Source: Vicugna vicugna (taxonomy: Eukaryota). From it: 64,000 nt of DNA. The notes under the pieces were generated by a model, which saw only the letters and a list, made by a program, of their open reading frames with translations, was not told the origin of the DNA and searched no databases. The position numbers were made by a program, and so were the translations under genes. Below, piece after piece: positions 1 through 12,262 of the stretch; within the stretch, counting starts at the first letter, position 1, and each line of letters opens with the position of its first letter. The stretch lies in contig MU057521.1 in assembly GCA_013265495.1 (NCBI GenBank), positions 682,001 to 746,000 on the forward strand, in the 5' to 3' direction.

Positions 1-1649
1 TTTCCTTTCCAACAGTAAAAGAAAGGTACAAGAATCCAGCCCTTAGTCACAAACCATTTTAGGAAATTCCTCAATATTCTCACTCCATTTTTTAACAAGC
101 AATGAAAAAGCTAATCAACGACAGGGTTAATAATTAGGTTCCAGAGCTTCTGCAGTATCTCCCATTACTCAACAGCCCCTTGCTCTCCTCTCCCTACCCT
201 CCTCTACCCCTCTGCCCGCCCCTCCTTCCTCCTGCAAACATTACGGAAAATGCAAGAACAAACAGGATTGTGTTTCTGAGGGGAAAGCGAAGGCCTAGAG
301 GTGTTCATGTCAGACCGCAGGCTCTGTATTTACAACTCCCCAGTCTTTGTTGTTCAGATTTGTTCTCAGGCAGGAAGTGGTGGGAACTTCCAGTGATGAC
401 CCCTTCATTGCCCCAGTGTAGAAAGTACAGTCCTCTACTCTCACATAAAAGGAATCTCAGAAGGAAGGAGATAGAGAACGACAAAGAGGGTAGGGGGGCA
501 GCTGCGGGGCAGCGGCACAAGTGGGACCCAGTGCCTCCCTCGCTGCCCCTCAGGCAGCACTGAGCCGGTGAGCCCAGCCGAGGCCTGCCCGGAGCATGTA
601 CATCCTGCCACGCACCGCATCGTTCTCGCCCGACCTAAAACGGGAATAAAGAGCAGCTACTTCCCCAGGCAGCTGTGAGGATCTAATGAGTTAACATAAA
701 GAAAGCTCTCAGAAAGAGGCCTGGCACACACGAAGCCCTCACTAGATCATTTTGTAAGAAATACAACATGGCATACAAGAGGTCCCAGGACATAAAATTT
801 AGAAAGGGTTTGAAAATGGTTTTCCAAAGCCTTGGGGGAGGAGAGGAATTATTTGAGGAAAATGGCATTCTTGATCTTCTAGAAATACAGAATTTTTTTA
901 ATAGACCTAGTAAATGGGCAAAGGAGCAGTTTTTGTTTGTTTGCTTGTTTTGCCTTTTTGACAAAACAGAAGACTCTCTAACTCCAGTCTCACAGTAAAT
1001 CAGTTTCTTCATTTAAGTAGAGTGTGAGGAGAATTAAAACACCTTGTCCACTGTCTCCTACTGTTCTTTCCATGACAGGTCAATGTTGCTTGTCCCACAA
1101 GGACTGGCTTAATGGCCTGCATCCGCAGCATGCTGTGTGATTCATTTTCTTTGCAGGAAAGTCAGTCATCACTTTTATAAACATTCGCAGTCACTGCTCT
1201 TCTTTGCTGCAGTGTTCCAGTGACACGTCCTCGCTGTTTTGCTAAGCAGCAGGGTCTGTGTGCTCTGCCAGGACAGCGACTAGCCCCGCTCATCTCTGGG
1301 ATGACTCCAGTAGGGAAATTAAAGCCCCGAACGTGGGAGAGCAATGATTTGGTCTGTGGTGGGTTAGGCAGGGACCCGACTGAGACCACAGTGATAAAAT
1401 ATGTTTTAAGAATAAACAAAGTGAAGAGGGCAAAGAGCAAATTAGGCGTCAGAGCAGTGAGAGGAGAGCGTCAAGAATTAAGAGAAGAGTATTACTGATG
1501 GTCAGGGGATATTCAGGGAAAAGAGGAAACAATGAGAAACAGGAATCTGTCGAGACGTGTGGAGATCTAGATCTGAGTAGCCATGTAACCTCATGCAACT
1601 CTCTTCACTTCTCTGAGTCTGTTTTTCATCTGAAAAAATAGTAACGGCT

Positions 1650-1880
1650 AATAACTGTGTAACATTTACTATCAGGCAGGCTTTGTTCTAACTGCTTTGC
1701 ATGTGTCAACTCATTCTATCATTACAACCCGATGAGTAGGTACCAGGAATGTTACAGAAGAGGAAACTGGAGGAACAGGGATTAAGTAATACTTGCCCAA
1801 GGACACCCACCTAGAAAGCAGAGGACTCAGAATTCCCACCTGGGTAGCCCAGCTCCAGGGCGCATGTGCTCAGCCACTGT
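1650..1880 (-). mobile_element. MIR SINE fragment
   Basis: Resembles the MIR core in reverse orientation (gttacagaagaggaaactggagg...attaagtaatacttgcccaaggacac). Boundaries approximate. Confidence 0.7.
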
Positions 1881-3844
1881 GCCTCTCTGGGGAAGAAGAA
1901 CGCTGAACTACAAAACTGACAAAAAGACAGACTTTTTTTGTTTCTTTGATTTCCGAGCCTTCATAAACCAACACTGTTGTAATACTGTAACCAATATGAA
2001 GTACTAGAAAAACGAGCACAGGATTGGATGTTCCTGCAATGCCAAATTACTACAATAGTTTCTAAATGCTTTCCATTTCTGTACTTTCACCACAGACCAG
2101 TAACAAACAGTTCCTGGACCAGCCCTGGTCCATCAACCACACTATGTACAGCACTAAACTGATGCTCTTTAAACTCCAGCCCTGTGGTTCGAAAGGGCAA
2201 ATTTTGAAAAGCTGTCCAGGTTCCCCCTTCTCTACAAAAACTCTATCCCAGTAGAGATTACAATTAAACCTAAACAAGGCACCTGAAACAGTGCCCGCTT
2301 CCAGTTAGACATCTGACCTTCATTTACAAGCATCTGCCGAGCAACTGCTTTGTTTCTGGTGTTGTATCAGATGTCAAAGACAGAAGGATAAAGATACAGC
2401 CCTTTACACAAACTCAAACTCTAGAAGGAAGAACAAAACCTACATCAGGTGCTACAAGATTGCCACAAGCGTTGATAACATTGAAAGCAGTAAGAACAAA
2501 AAGAAGAGACATTCTTTCCTCTCTCCCTTCAGCCCCTTTCAAGGAATAAAAGGAACAAAACCTGTAATTCCCAAATCATCCTTTCTACCACCTGGGTATA
2601 GGGTGGGGTGGTGTCAGGGTGGCATAAAAATATAATCTCCAGTCAAGTCAGAGCACCAATTGGGCTCTAGCTTTACCCATGCTACTGCAACTCCAGACCT
2701 CTCTCTCTCCTTAATATTTCCACCAATGAGGTCTAGGTGGGCCAGGAAGATGTCTCATGTGTACGTAATTACTCCTCTTGATGCCTAAGGGACATCACAG
2801 TTGTTTTCCTCCTATTTTGAGATGTTTCACTGTGATGGTGTCTTCTGTTCCGCATACAGGTAAATGATAGCTCAACCACTGATGGCCACTAGAGTCTCCT
2901 GCACCCAACAAGGAAGGTCCTGCTACCTGGTCAAGTGTTCCTTTTCCCATCACCATAGAAGAGCCTTATTGATACTGATGCCTTTTGATTCAATATCTCA
3001 GCTCTCTTAGTTTCTTTCTGTTCTTCCACGGTGCTTCTCCCTCATCTCCCCTCATCTCATCTCCCCTGAACGGAACTGAAGTCTCTGTTCACAGGATGGG
3101 AGGTGGGAGGACACCAATGGACTCTATATGGAATCCCACCTCTCAGACACCAGCCCAAGGCTCTGTAGATGTGCATTTCATCTCATCCTCTGAGATGAAG
3201 TCATCCCAGTTCCCTCCGTTCTCTCAAATAAAATGGACCCACTAGCCCTTCAGACATGCCTGACACAGGCTTAAGCTAGAACACCTGTTCAAAAATATGC
3301 CACTGGCTCAACAATATGCCCCCCTCCCCTTTTCTTTATTTTTATGATCACCACTTATTTACACCACAGTGACTCCCAACTTCAGTGAGCCTCCACAACA
3401 CTTCACCCAGCAGTACATCTTAGTGCAGACAGCAGTGGAGAGTGTTATACGGGAATCTGGGTGGTAATGGGGGTTTTATCTGAATCTCTGGGAGATATGG
3501 ATGTGTGCAGAGAACCACAAGCCTGTGACTTCTTTGCTATACACAGGCAAACAAGGGAACTTTTGGAAAATCAGAGTGTGCTGGATTTTAAAATAAAAAG
3601 TGTATTTTAAAAAGGCCTAGAAATTACCTGGCATACATATGCATTCAATAAACGGTAGCTCTATTATTTTTCACACAATTTTCGCCATTTTGAAAGGAAA
3701 AAGAAACATTTTTGTTGTTTTCATTTGAATTTCTTAGATTATTAATAAGGCTGGACTTCTTTTAAAGCTTGTCTTTGCTTTTTATATTGATGCCTTTTAT
3801 CTGGTTTGGTAGCTTCTTGATACTGCTGTCTTACGTGGCTTCTC

Positions 3845-3959
3845 TAAGGTGATCAAACTTCCCAGTTTGTCAGGGACAGTCCTAATTACGTACGCTGTCC
3901 CAACTAATGATTAATATGATCCCCTTTCATTTAGAAAGATAAATTACATGGCCGCCCTA
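3845..3959. mobile_element. Small hAT-Blackjack MITE (MER94/MER81-like)
   Basis: Degenerate terminal inverted repeats taaggtgatca...tggccgcccta resemble TAGGGTGACCA; internal cccagtttgtcagggacagtcc; about 115 bp. Confidence 0.6.
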
Positions 3960-4409
3960 CTATGCCCCACCACTGCCTTCATGTTTTGTGTGTTCTCCCA
4001 CATAACAGTACTACCATCCCCGCTGTTAATCCTTAACTCTGCCCCATTCCACTGCCGGTGTCCAAAACATTCCTTGACAATTAAACAGGATAAATTTGGG
4101 GGGAGCTAATAGTCTTCTGCTGAAAAACTTCAAAATATTTTGCTAAATAATTACATTTTGTAGAATATATGGTCTTTAATATAAATCACAACCCAGTTCA
4201 GTGCTGCAATACTCAACTTTCCGGAGCTGGAAAGAACACAGTGTTCTAAATGTGTGGAGGTCCCTTTCCCAAACCACTGTGTTCTGAAGGACGCTCTCCC
4301 CTGCTCCTGTCCTCTGTGCTGGACGACATTCAATGCCATCCCCAAGAGGAGACATGATAGTACAGAGCTGCATACATGTACCCTATTACAGCCACCTTAG
4401 GAAGACAGC

Positions 4410-4546
4410 CTTCCCACTCTCCCTACCTTCCCTACCTTCTTTCTTCCCTTCCTCCCTCCTCTCTTTCTTTCTCTTTTTCTTTCTCCCCTTATCTTACTTT
4501 CTTTTTACTTCCCCTTCATCTTTTCTTTCTCCCTTCACCTCCTTCT
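4410..4546. repeat. CT-rich low-complexity polypyrimidine tract
   Basis: About 135 nt almost entirely C/T on the + strand. Confidence 0.85.
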
Positions 4547-4711
4547 GCTGTGGCAAGGAAAAAGTTGTTTATAATTCAATTTATTTCCCCCATTTGTTAT
4601 TCAAATAAACTCATTACAGAGAATTAGAACATACAGACCAAGAGAAAAAATTCCACACTCGTAGATAACAGTTATTAACATTTTAATGTATTTTTTCTCT
4701 GTGTCTGTTAG

Positions 4712-4968
4712 GGGCAGTGTAATGTACAGAGCACTGTTGGAGTCAAGAGCTTCCTGGCCATGTGACTCACATAGTGGCCATGTGACTTTTAACAAGCTGC
4801 CTAACCTTTCTAAGCCTCAGTTTTCACATCTGTAAAATGGGGATAAATATATATTATTAAAATATATCATGTTATTATTTATTTCAGGATTAACAAGACA
4901 ATATATATAAATCGCTTAGCACAGTGCCAAGAACAGAACAGGTGCTCAATAAATGGTAGACATTATTC
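4712..4968 (+). mobile_element. MIR SINE
   Basis: ctaacctttctaagcctcagttttcacatctgtaaaatggggata core and 3' gcttagcacagtgcc...tgctcaataaatggtag end. Confidence 0.85.
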
Positions 4969-6154
4969 ATAATATATGTTTCATCAAACATAAGATCATA
5001 CCAACATTCCAAATTTGGTACCTGCTGTTTTGCTCAACAAAATGCAAAAACTCTTTGTGATCAAATATAGATCTGCATTGTTATTTGTGGTATTTACTTC
5101 TTTGGACTGCATTTTTAATTTTGAAATATAATGAGGAAAAGCGTATGTTAAAAAATAAGTAATGAATATCACAGATTACTACTACTTTAGAAACTCCCTG
5201 AGAATGATCATTTCCCTATGAATCATCACCATTCTTTCATTTCAGTCTCACGCATGGAAATGGGGCCACTACAAAGTAGAAAGTCTGGGCCAATGATGTC
5301 CTTGGCAGCTCCTTGCTCTTATGACTCCAGCTCTTCAAACCATATGCACCATCAGGCACTAGGACTGAGCAAGAAGCCTAATGAGCTCCAAGGAATAACA
5401 CAAGCTAAGTGTAATATTGCTCACCAAAGCATATATTTAAGGTGATGTTTTCATCATTTTATTTGAGCAGCTGCCCCTTTGTGGGTTTGCTGTTCTATCT
5501 GGGGGACTGTGGTTTCTTGTCCCTGCTGTTGTTGCTTATGTTGTTCAACAGCAGGGATTCCGCTTGTACTGGCTTTCGTAATTGAGAAACAAGAAACCAG
5601 AACACAGTACAGAAAATGTAATTTCCGTTTACTCTTAGAAAACAGAATCTTGGAAACAAGTTCAGGGGTAGAATCAATACAACACAAAGAGAAAGTACTG
5701 AGTTCCTCAGTATCTGACTAGATCTTCCCTGGAGAAAAGTGTGCGCGGGCTAATTACCCGAGGACACGCATATGCATACGTACTCTTTTAGGGCTCTGAC
5801 ATATAGCAGTAATAGCCCTTTGCAATATGACATATGATATATTTCATAAGCAGTCTGTATGTTTCTGAATACATTTTCATATAGTATTCTATAAAAAAAA
5901 CAAATAAGCAAACATGATGTATATGAATCAATTAAAGGAGCCCTGGTGGTATAAATCTTCCTGTAAGTTAACTGGTCCATTTCATCTATTAGAAGTCCCT
6001 GAAGGGACAGGAAGCACAGTCCCTGGCATTGCAGGCAATGATAAATACCTGCTGAACTGGTCTGGAGGCAAACTGCTGTGAAATGTGGTATGGAAATCTG
6101 TATTTGGTTTATTGGCTATATAGACAAAGTATCGTCAAAGTATCCTTTAGCATA

Positions 6155-6350
6155 AAGCACATTTATTAAGGGCTTACTGAGCACCAGACACTGTAATAAA
6201 TGTTCTACATGCTGACTCCACGTTTCCCCCCAGACACCTGTGAGGGAGCTATTATGCTGACTTGACTCTTATGGACAGGGAAGCCGAGGCCTGGAGAGGT
6301 TACATCACCTACCACGGGACCACACAGCTAACAGATGTTAGAGTGAGACT
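6155..6350 (-). mobile_element. MIR fragment
   Basis: catttattaagggcttactgagcaccagacactgt ... gacagggaagccgaggcctggagaggtta. Boundaries approximate. Confidence 0.65.
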
Positions 6351-7329
6351 GACACGAAAGCTCTGCTCTCAACCACTTCTGTCCCAATGTTGTGGTACTT
6401 GTCCTGGAGCCATCTGTTGGCAGCGACACCAGGTCCCGGCCCAGGCACCCAGAATCAAACCCTCCTGAAGCTCACTAATTATTTAGCTAAGGCTGATGAA
6501 ACGTATTAGTATAACACAAATGAACATCATGGTGTAAGTGGACATTTTGACCCATAAAGTGAATAGTAATTGAACTTATTCCAGTTTTTCTACAATTTCA
6601 TTATTCTCTCAGAATACTTTCTCTCAGGTGTCACGATAAGGACTGAGAGAGAAAACACAGTAGAGTTCCTATGTTCAGCCCTTTACTGTGATGGTGACTG
6701 AGGACAGGACTCAAAGTCAACATAATAATATAAAACCAAAGCATTTTCACCATATTACACACGACTTTATGTACATTCTCATTATATCTTCATGATTCCT
6801 AGAAGCATTTCTATCCTTTTTCTACAAATCAGGAAATTGAGAGACTTGCAAGAGAAAGGTAGTTACTCAAGCCACCCATCTGGGTTCACAGCCTGGCTCC
6901 ATCACTTCCTATCTCTGACCTTGAGCAGAGCTGACATTCTGCCCTTGATATGATACTGCCTCTCTTGGTGCCACTATATACTACACACGGGCCAACCTCA
7001 GACAAGCTGTGATATAGGCAAGATGTCCTCAGTACCTTCTGTTATCCCATACCCTGCTCTTTTCCCTCCTTTCAATGCACCCATTTCTCCCAGATTCCCA
7101 AGGGCCCCATCCTTCCCAGGTTTTCCCCAGCATGGAGGAAAATGCTACTGTCCTCCCTGGGATAATTCATATGGTAAAATGGACCTAACACAGGCCAGGC
7201 ATGATGCTGGGTGCAGTGGACAAATATGAACAGGAAGCTGACCCTTGCAAAGAACCACACAGCACAGCCAGGGAGAGCAGGAGGGGTGCCATTATCCTAT
7301 AACAAGGAAACAGGTGGAACAAGCTGTTT

Positions 7330-8108
7330 TTAAAAATATACATAAGCTTTCTCGACATACAATTTGCATGTCATATAATTCACCCATTTGAAGTGGATAG
7401 TTCAGTGGTTTTTAACATATTCAAATAGTTGTGCAACCACAACACAATCAATTTAGAACATTTTAAACACCCCAAAAAGAAATCCTGCACACATGAGCCT
7501 CTCCATGTTCACACACGTCCTACACCAGCTCTAAGTAACTACTAATCTACCTTCTATATCTATAGATTTGCCTATTGTGGACATTTTATATAAATGGAAT
7601 AATAAAACATGTGGTCTTTTGTAATTGGCTGCTTCCACCTAGCTCAGTGTTTTCAAGGTTCATCCATGTTGAGGCACATAACAGTACTTCCTTCTTATTG
7701 CTGAAAAACATTCCATTGTAGGGCTAGACCACATTTTGTTGTTCTAATCATCAGCTGACCAGTATTTGAGTTGTTTTGGCTATTATGAATAATATTGTTA
7801 TAAACATTCATATAAAAGTGCTTGTGAGAATATATATTTTCAATTCTCTTGAAATATGCCGAGGAGTGGAATTATTGGGTTGTATGACAACTCCAAGTTT
7901 AACCTTCTGAGGAAATGCTATGTTCTTTCTAAAGCAGCTGTACCATTTTCCATTCCCACCAGCAATGTATGAACCAGCAGGTTTCAATTCTTCATATCCT
8001 TACCAACACTTTTTACTGTCTACCTTTTTTTCTAGCCATCCTATGGGGTGTAAAGTGCAATCTATCTCATTGTGGTTTTGATATGCATTTCCCAATGACT
8101 AATGAAGC
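7330..8108 (-). mobile_element. Old L1 (L1MB-like) 3' UTR and end of ORF2
   Basis: Typical antisense L1M text: ataattcacccatttgaagtg, tagatttgcctattgtggacattttatataaatggaat, ttcaaggttcatccatgtt, ccattcccaccagcaatgtatg, ctcattgtggttttgat. Confidence 0.85.
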
Positions 8109-8449
8109 TTAGTTTTAGACACCTGGAATACGAGATGCCTGTGAAACATCTAGAAAGCTTCTGGAAATGCAGTCTTACTTTTAGTAGAAATTCTGAACTG
8201 GAGATAGAGCCTGATTTACACTTGGAAGTCATCAGTGTAATAATCTAAAAGAAAACATTTCCATTTGTGGGATTTAGGCAACACAGCATTAATTGGAAAC
8301 TATCTAGGACATGGGATTCTCCCAAGAATTACAAATTTTACCACATGGGTAACTACTAACTCTATTAACATCTAAGACTAGCCTTCGCTAAACAAACAAT
8401 AATCCAGCTTTTCCTGTTCTGAGTTATGTCTGAGGACTTTCTGATGGCG

Positions 8450-8790
8450 GACAGGCTGTATAGCCAGGAGTTAAACGCTCTGCATGTGGGTTTAAATCTT
8501 GACTTATACACTATATAGCTGTGTGCCTTGGGGACATTTTACTCCCCCCTCTAAGTCTATTTCCTTCTCTGAAGAATAAGCATGCACACCTGCATCCTAA
8601 GGTTACTGTAAGGAATAAAAAAGAAATAGAACAGGGCCTGGCACACAGCAGGCACTCAATAAATGATGGCTGAATGACTGAAAAAATGAATAAATTAATT
8701 AATTAATAGAAATGAATTAATGAACACATGACTAAAAAGTACCTAGCGCAGTGTCCTGCACTTAGTAAGTGTTCAGCTGTTACTATTCAT
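8450..8790 (+). mobile_element. MIR with an L2 3'-end (TGAA-rich tail) embedded
   Basis: MIR-like gctgtgtgccttggg...tttccttctctgaagaat; acagggcctggcacacagcaggcactcaataaatgatggctgaatgactgaa; MIR resumes at aaagtacctagcgcagtg. Confidence 0.65.
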
Positions 8791-9299
8791 ACTCAATACA
8801 TGCGAGCAGCAAAGACTGATGTGCAGCAAAGGGTAAACATTTCCATTGCTACCACCATCCTTTGACCAGAACAGAACGTAAATGGTAGATGTCTTCATAT
8901 GTTCTGCCCAGTTGGCAGGTGGCTCCCGGTGGGCCTGTCAGACAGGGAAAATTCATGTCCACAGTCATTCAGGTTTCTGAGCCGAGGAAACGTGATTTGT
9001 GAGCTGCCGTGCTCATCATCCTCTTCCATCAGGCCATTTATGGCCCTTACAATTTCACTCTTGATGAGAATGCATAAAATATTATTGGCCCTGTGTGCTT
9101 ACTATGTAATATACGGAACTTACAACAGACATTATTAAATATTGTTAAATGAAGGGCTGAAGGGTACACTAAAATGACCACATGTTGAAAGGATTCGTTA
9201 ACTCCGCTGATGCCATAGAAAGTAACTGCCACATTTCCCTGCTTTCTCCTTGCACAAAAATCATTGTTAAATAGTTTAAAGGGGCCACGCAGAAAAGAA

Positions 9300-9472
9300 G
9301 TCCTGGGTTAAGAGCACTGGCCCCAGGGTCAGGAGCCTGGGTTCAGATATTGGCTCTGGTATTCGCATCATCTTGAGCAAGTCACTGTACTTCTCTGACA
9401 TCAGTTTCATCTACAAAATGAGAGTTTGGACAGGACAGTGTCTAGGTTCCTTCCCAGCTCTGGCATTCTTGG
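9300..9472 (+). mobile_element. MIR/MIR3 fragment
   Basis: ggttaagagcactggcc...ctgggttcaga...cttgagcaagtcactgtacttctctgacatcagtttcatctacaaaatgaga. Confidence 0.75.
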
Positions 9473-10999
9473 AATCCACAAGAATATTCAGTGGAGAATT
9501 TATTTTCTATTATTCTTTTCTCCCCCTCAGTGAATTCTCTACTCATTTTAGCTGCACTGTGTTTTCAGGTTGGATTGGATGAAACGTTAAACACAGAGAA
9601 TCTCAAGGCAGAATTGTCTAAATTGCTTTTATTTGGTACCGATGCCCCAAGCAAGCACAGAGGACTCGGGCAGTAGAGTGAAGTGTGGCGGACAACCGCG
9701 AGTAAATATTGTGAAGCTAGATGTGGAATCAGTGGTATCTCAACAGGCGCACTTCAGTGGAGCTGGTGGGTCTCTACCGCTTCTACATTCAAACCCACTG
9801 ACGACTTGGTTTCCACCTATTCCTCATGCGCTGGTTCTGCACTAGCTCTCTACCGTTTATCGTGTTTCTGCCTGTGTCTCCTGCTTCCCTTTCCCTTAAC
9901 TCCTCTGACATTGATTGCTCCCAAGGGACATAATGGATTTCTTCCCTGACATCAGATGTGCTCAAGTGTGTGAATGCTGACAAGAAAAAGAAAGGGATTG
10001 ATTCAGAGAAGACAGGGGAGGTGGAAAACAATTCTTCAAAGGGCCCTGATTCTCTCCCAAGCACATGTACTCCTGCCACAGGCGCCCCAACACATTTAAT
10101 ACAGGAAGACAGACAGACAGATGGATGTCACCTTTAATGGACAAGTCCTTAGGGCAAACCAACCAAAAACATGTATAGTACTTTCATTTTTTTTTCAATA
10201 TGTTATTTCAAATCAATTTTTCTGATGGTTGTAGATACTGAGATAGTGGTATATATTCATTTTTAATGAAGAAAAAAATGTTTTGATCCCCATACTTTCT
10301 AAACAACAAAGTGGCAGTATTCAAGGAAAGGTTTAATCAGTGAAAGAAGCAACAAAAAGCAATGTGTGGATTCTGAAACTGTCGGAGAAAAGCGCAACGT
10401 GCCATAAAAATGGAGTGTGTGGAGCATTCTTCTCTGTAGCCTGTTATGTACAAGGTAGAGTCCTGTATTTCTATAATAGCATGAATCTATTCTCTTGTTT
10501 CATTGTTTCAATTCATTTTACAGTTCAAACTAAAAATGCATTTTTGTAATTAGAGTGCATATTAGCTTACACTCACATATATGACTTTTTGCTGGTTTCA
10601 CCATTTCTTAGAGCAGAAAAAAAGATATTCTCCTATTTTTACAATGCTGTAAACCCTAGGAAATCTGACTAAAAGTATAAAACCACTCCAATGTGGTGAA
10701 CGTAAGGAGGAACCAATAGGTGAGTTTACCAAGAAAAATGAAAATGTTTTTGGCATATTCCTATTCCAAATAACACATGTTTCCAGGGGAAAAAATTCCA
10801 CATCTGCACTAGTGTATTAGCTGCCACCTGTTTTTAATAGGCTATTTTAGTTTTTTCTGGAGTAAACTCTTTATTGTATTAATAAGTTTCATCAAGTATT
10901 TCAGAAAACAGTTTCCTCATTTTGCCTTCTGAATAATTCTCCCTGTAGTCAATTATTATTCCTAATTCTTCATTTCTTTCCTACAATAGGATTTCACAT

Positions 11000-11370
11000 C
11001 ATTTCCTTTGCCATGTGACTTCACTGAGCCCCCAGCAGTGTCAGTAAACTAACTGCTACATTGACTTCTGGCTTAGCCATGTGGCTTCTGCTGTCCAGCA
11101 GAATGTTAATGGGCATGATGCAAACAAAGATTTTCAACTGGCTTGCATAGTCTGGCTTGAGTCTTGCATTTCTGCCATCTGTCATGAGAAAACCATGTCC
11201 TGAGTAGCCCCTGATCCTAGAATGAGAGATACATAGAAGGGTCCTGAACCCTATGCTCAGCCTGAAGCAGGTATGAGGGAAATAAAAAAAGAAAAATAAA
11301 TACTGTAAACCACTAAGATTTGGGAGTTGTTTGTTACATGGCTTTATTGCAGTCAAAGCTGAGTGATACA
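11000..11370 (+). mobile_element. MaLR solo LTR (old MLT1 subfamily)
   Basis: ttgacttctggcttagccatgtg; catgagaaaaccatg; 3' end aataaa...taaaccactaagatttgggagttgtttgttacatggc...gctgagtgataca. Confidence 0.75.
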
Positions 11371-11377
11371 CTCTCTC

Positions 11378-11845
11378 TGTGTCAGTAACCTATTGCCACT
11401 ATCATGCTGTGTAACAAAGCAACACAAAACTCACAATTTATAACAACAATCACTAATAAGATTAAAATCAGCTGGACAGTTCTGGCCTCAATTAGGTTCA
11501 GTGGACTTAGTCATGCATCTGTAGTCAGCTTCAAGCCAGCTAGGAACATTTTGTGATCTTGGCTGGATTCTTCAACATATCTGGGAGCTTGGCTGAGACA
11601 GATGGGCTTACTCAGCTCTGCCTCACAAGGTCACTCATCCTCCAGCAGACTAGGCTTATTCTGAGTACACAAGGTATCCTGAGGCCTAGGCTTTGAACTT
11701 CTGCTGGAGGCCACTGTCACTTTTTCTGCATTCTACTGACCAAAGCAAGTCACAAGGCCACCCAGATTCAAAGTAGGAAAAACCAACTCCACTGCTTAAG
11801 GGAAGAGCTGCAGTCACATTGTGGAGGGTTTACACACAGGGAAGG
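11378..11845 (-). mobile_element. Second MaLR LTR (MLT1-like), opposite orientation
   Basis: tgtgtcagt...tattgcc...tgctgtgtaacaaa; cattctactgaccaaagcaagtcacaaggccacccagattcaa. Confidence 0.7.
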
Positions 11846-12110
11846 CAGGACTTAAGAAAGAACCAAACTAAAGGATGGAGCTCTTCCAGGTACTATCTGG
11901 TTTTTTATTAGGTGAACCAAAGAAGCAATAAATACAAACTTTGCACACAGAGGTATTCAATATATCGCACTAAAGATGGTGAGACAAAGAAACACTGAAT
12001 GATTTTTGTGTCCAAAAAATGCAGTCATGCTGATAGCAATGGGATCTAGTATCTTTGGCAAAACCACTTTCCTTTAAGCATTTATAGTACCCAACTTTGA
12101 TTCTTCCTTT

Positions 12111-12262
12111 GTGTCCCTTCAACATTCTTCTATTCTGTTTATTTTGTAGAATATTTTGCATTTAGTGAGAATGCTTTATTTTTCATGTGTCCCTTCAACA
12201 TTCTTCTATTCTGTTTATTTTGTAGAATATTTTGCATTTAGTGAGAATGCTTTATTTTTCAT
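12111..12262. repeat. Perfect tandem duplication, 2 x 76 bp
   Basis: 12111-12186 and 12187-12262 are identical (gtgtcccttcaacattc...gctttatttttcat). Confidence 0.95.

Noticed and set aside
180..563. 127-aa + strand ORF
   Set aside because: Starts at TTG in a low-complexity C/T tract; no recognisable domain.
4333..4627. Hydrophobic F/S/L-rich ORFs resembling membrane peptides
   Set aside because: These are translations of the CT-rich simple sequence.
9680..9870. Mildly CpG-rich segment with overlapping ORFs, possible processed pseudogene
   Set aside because: No recognisable protein similarity, poly(A) tail or TSD.
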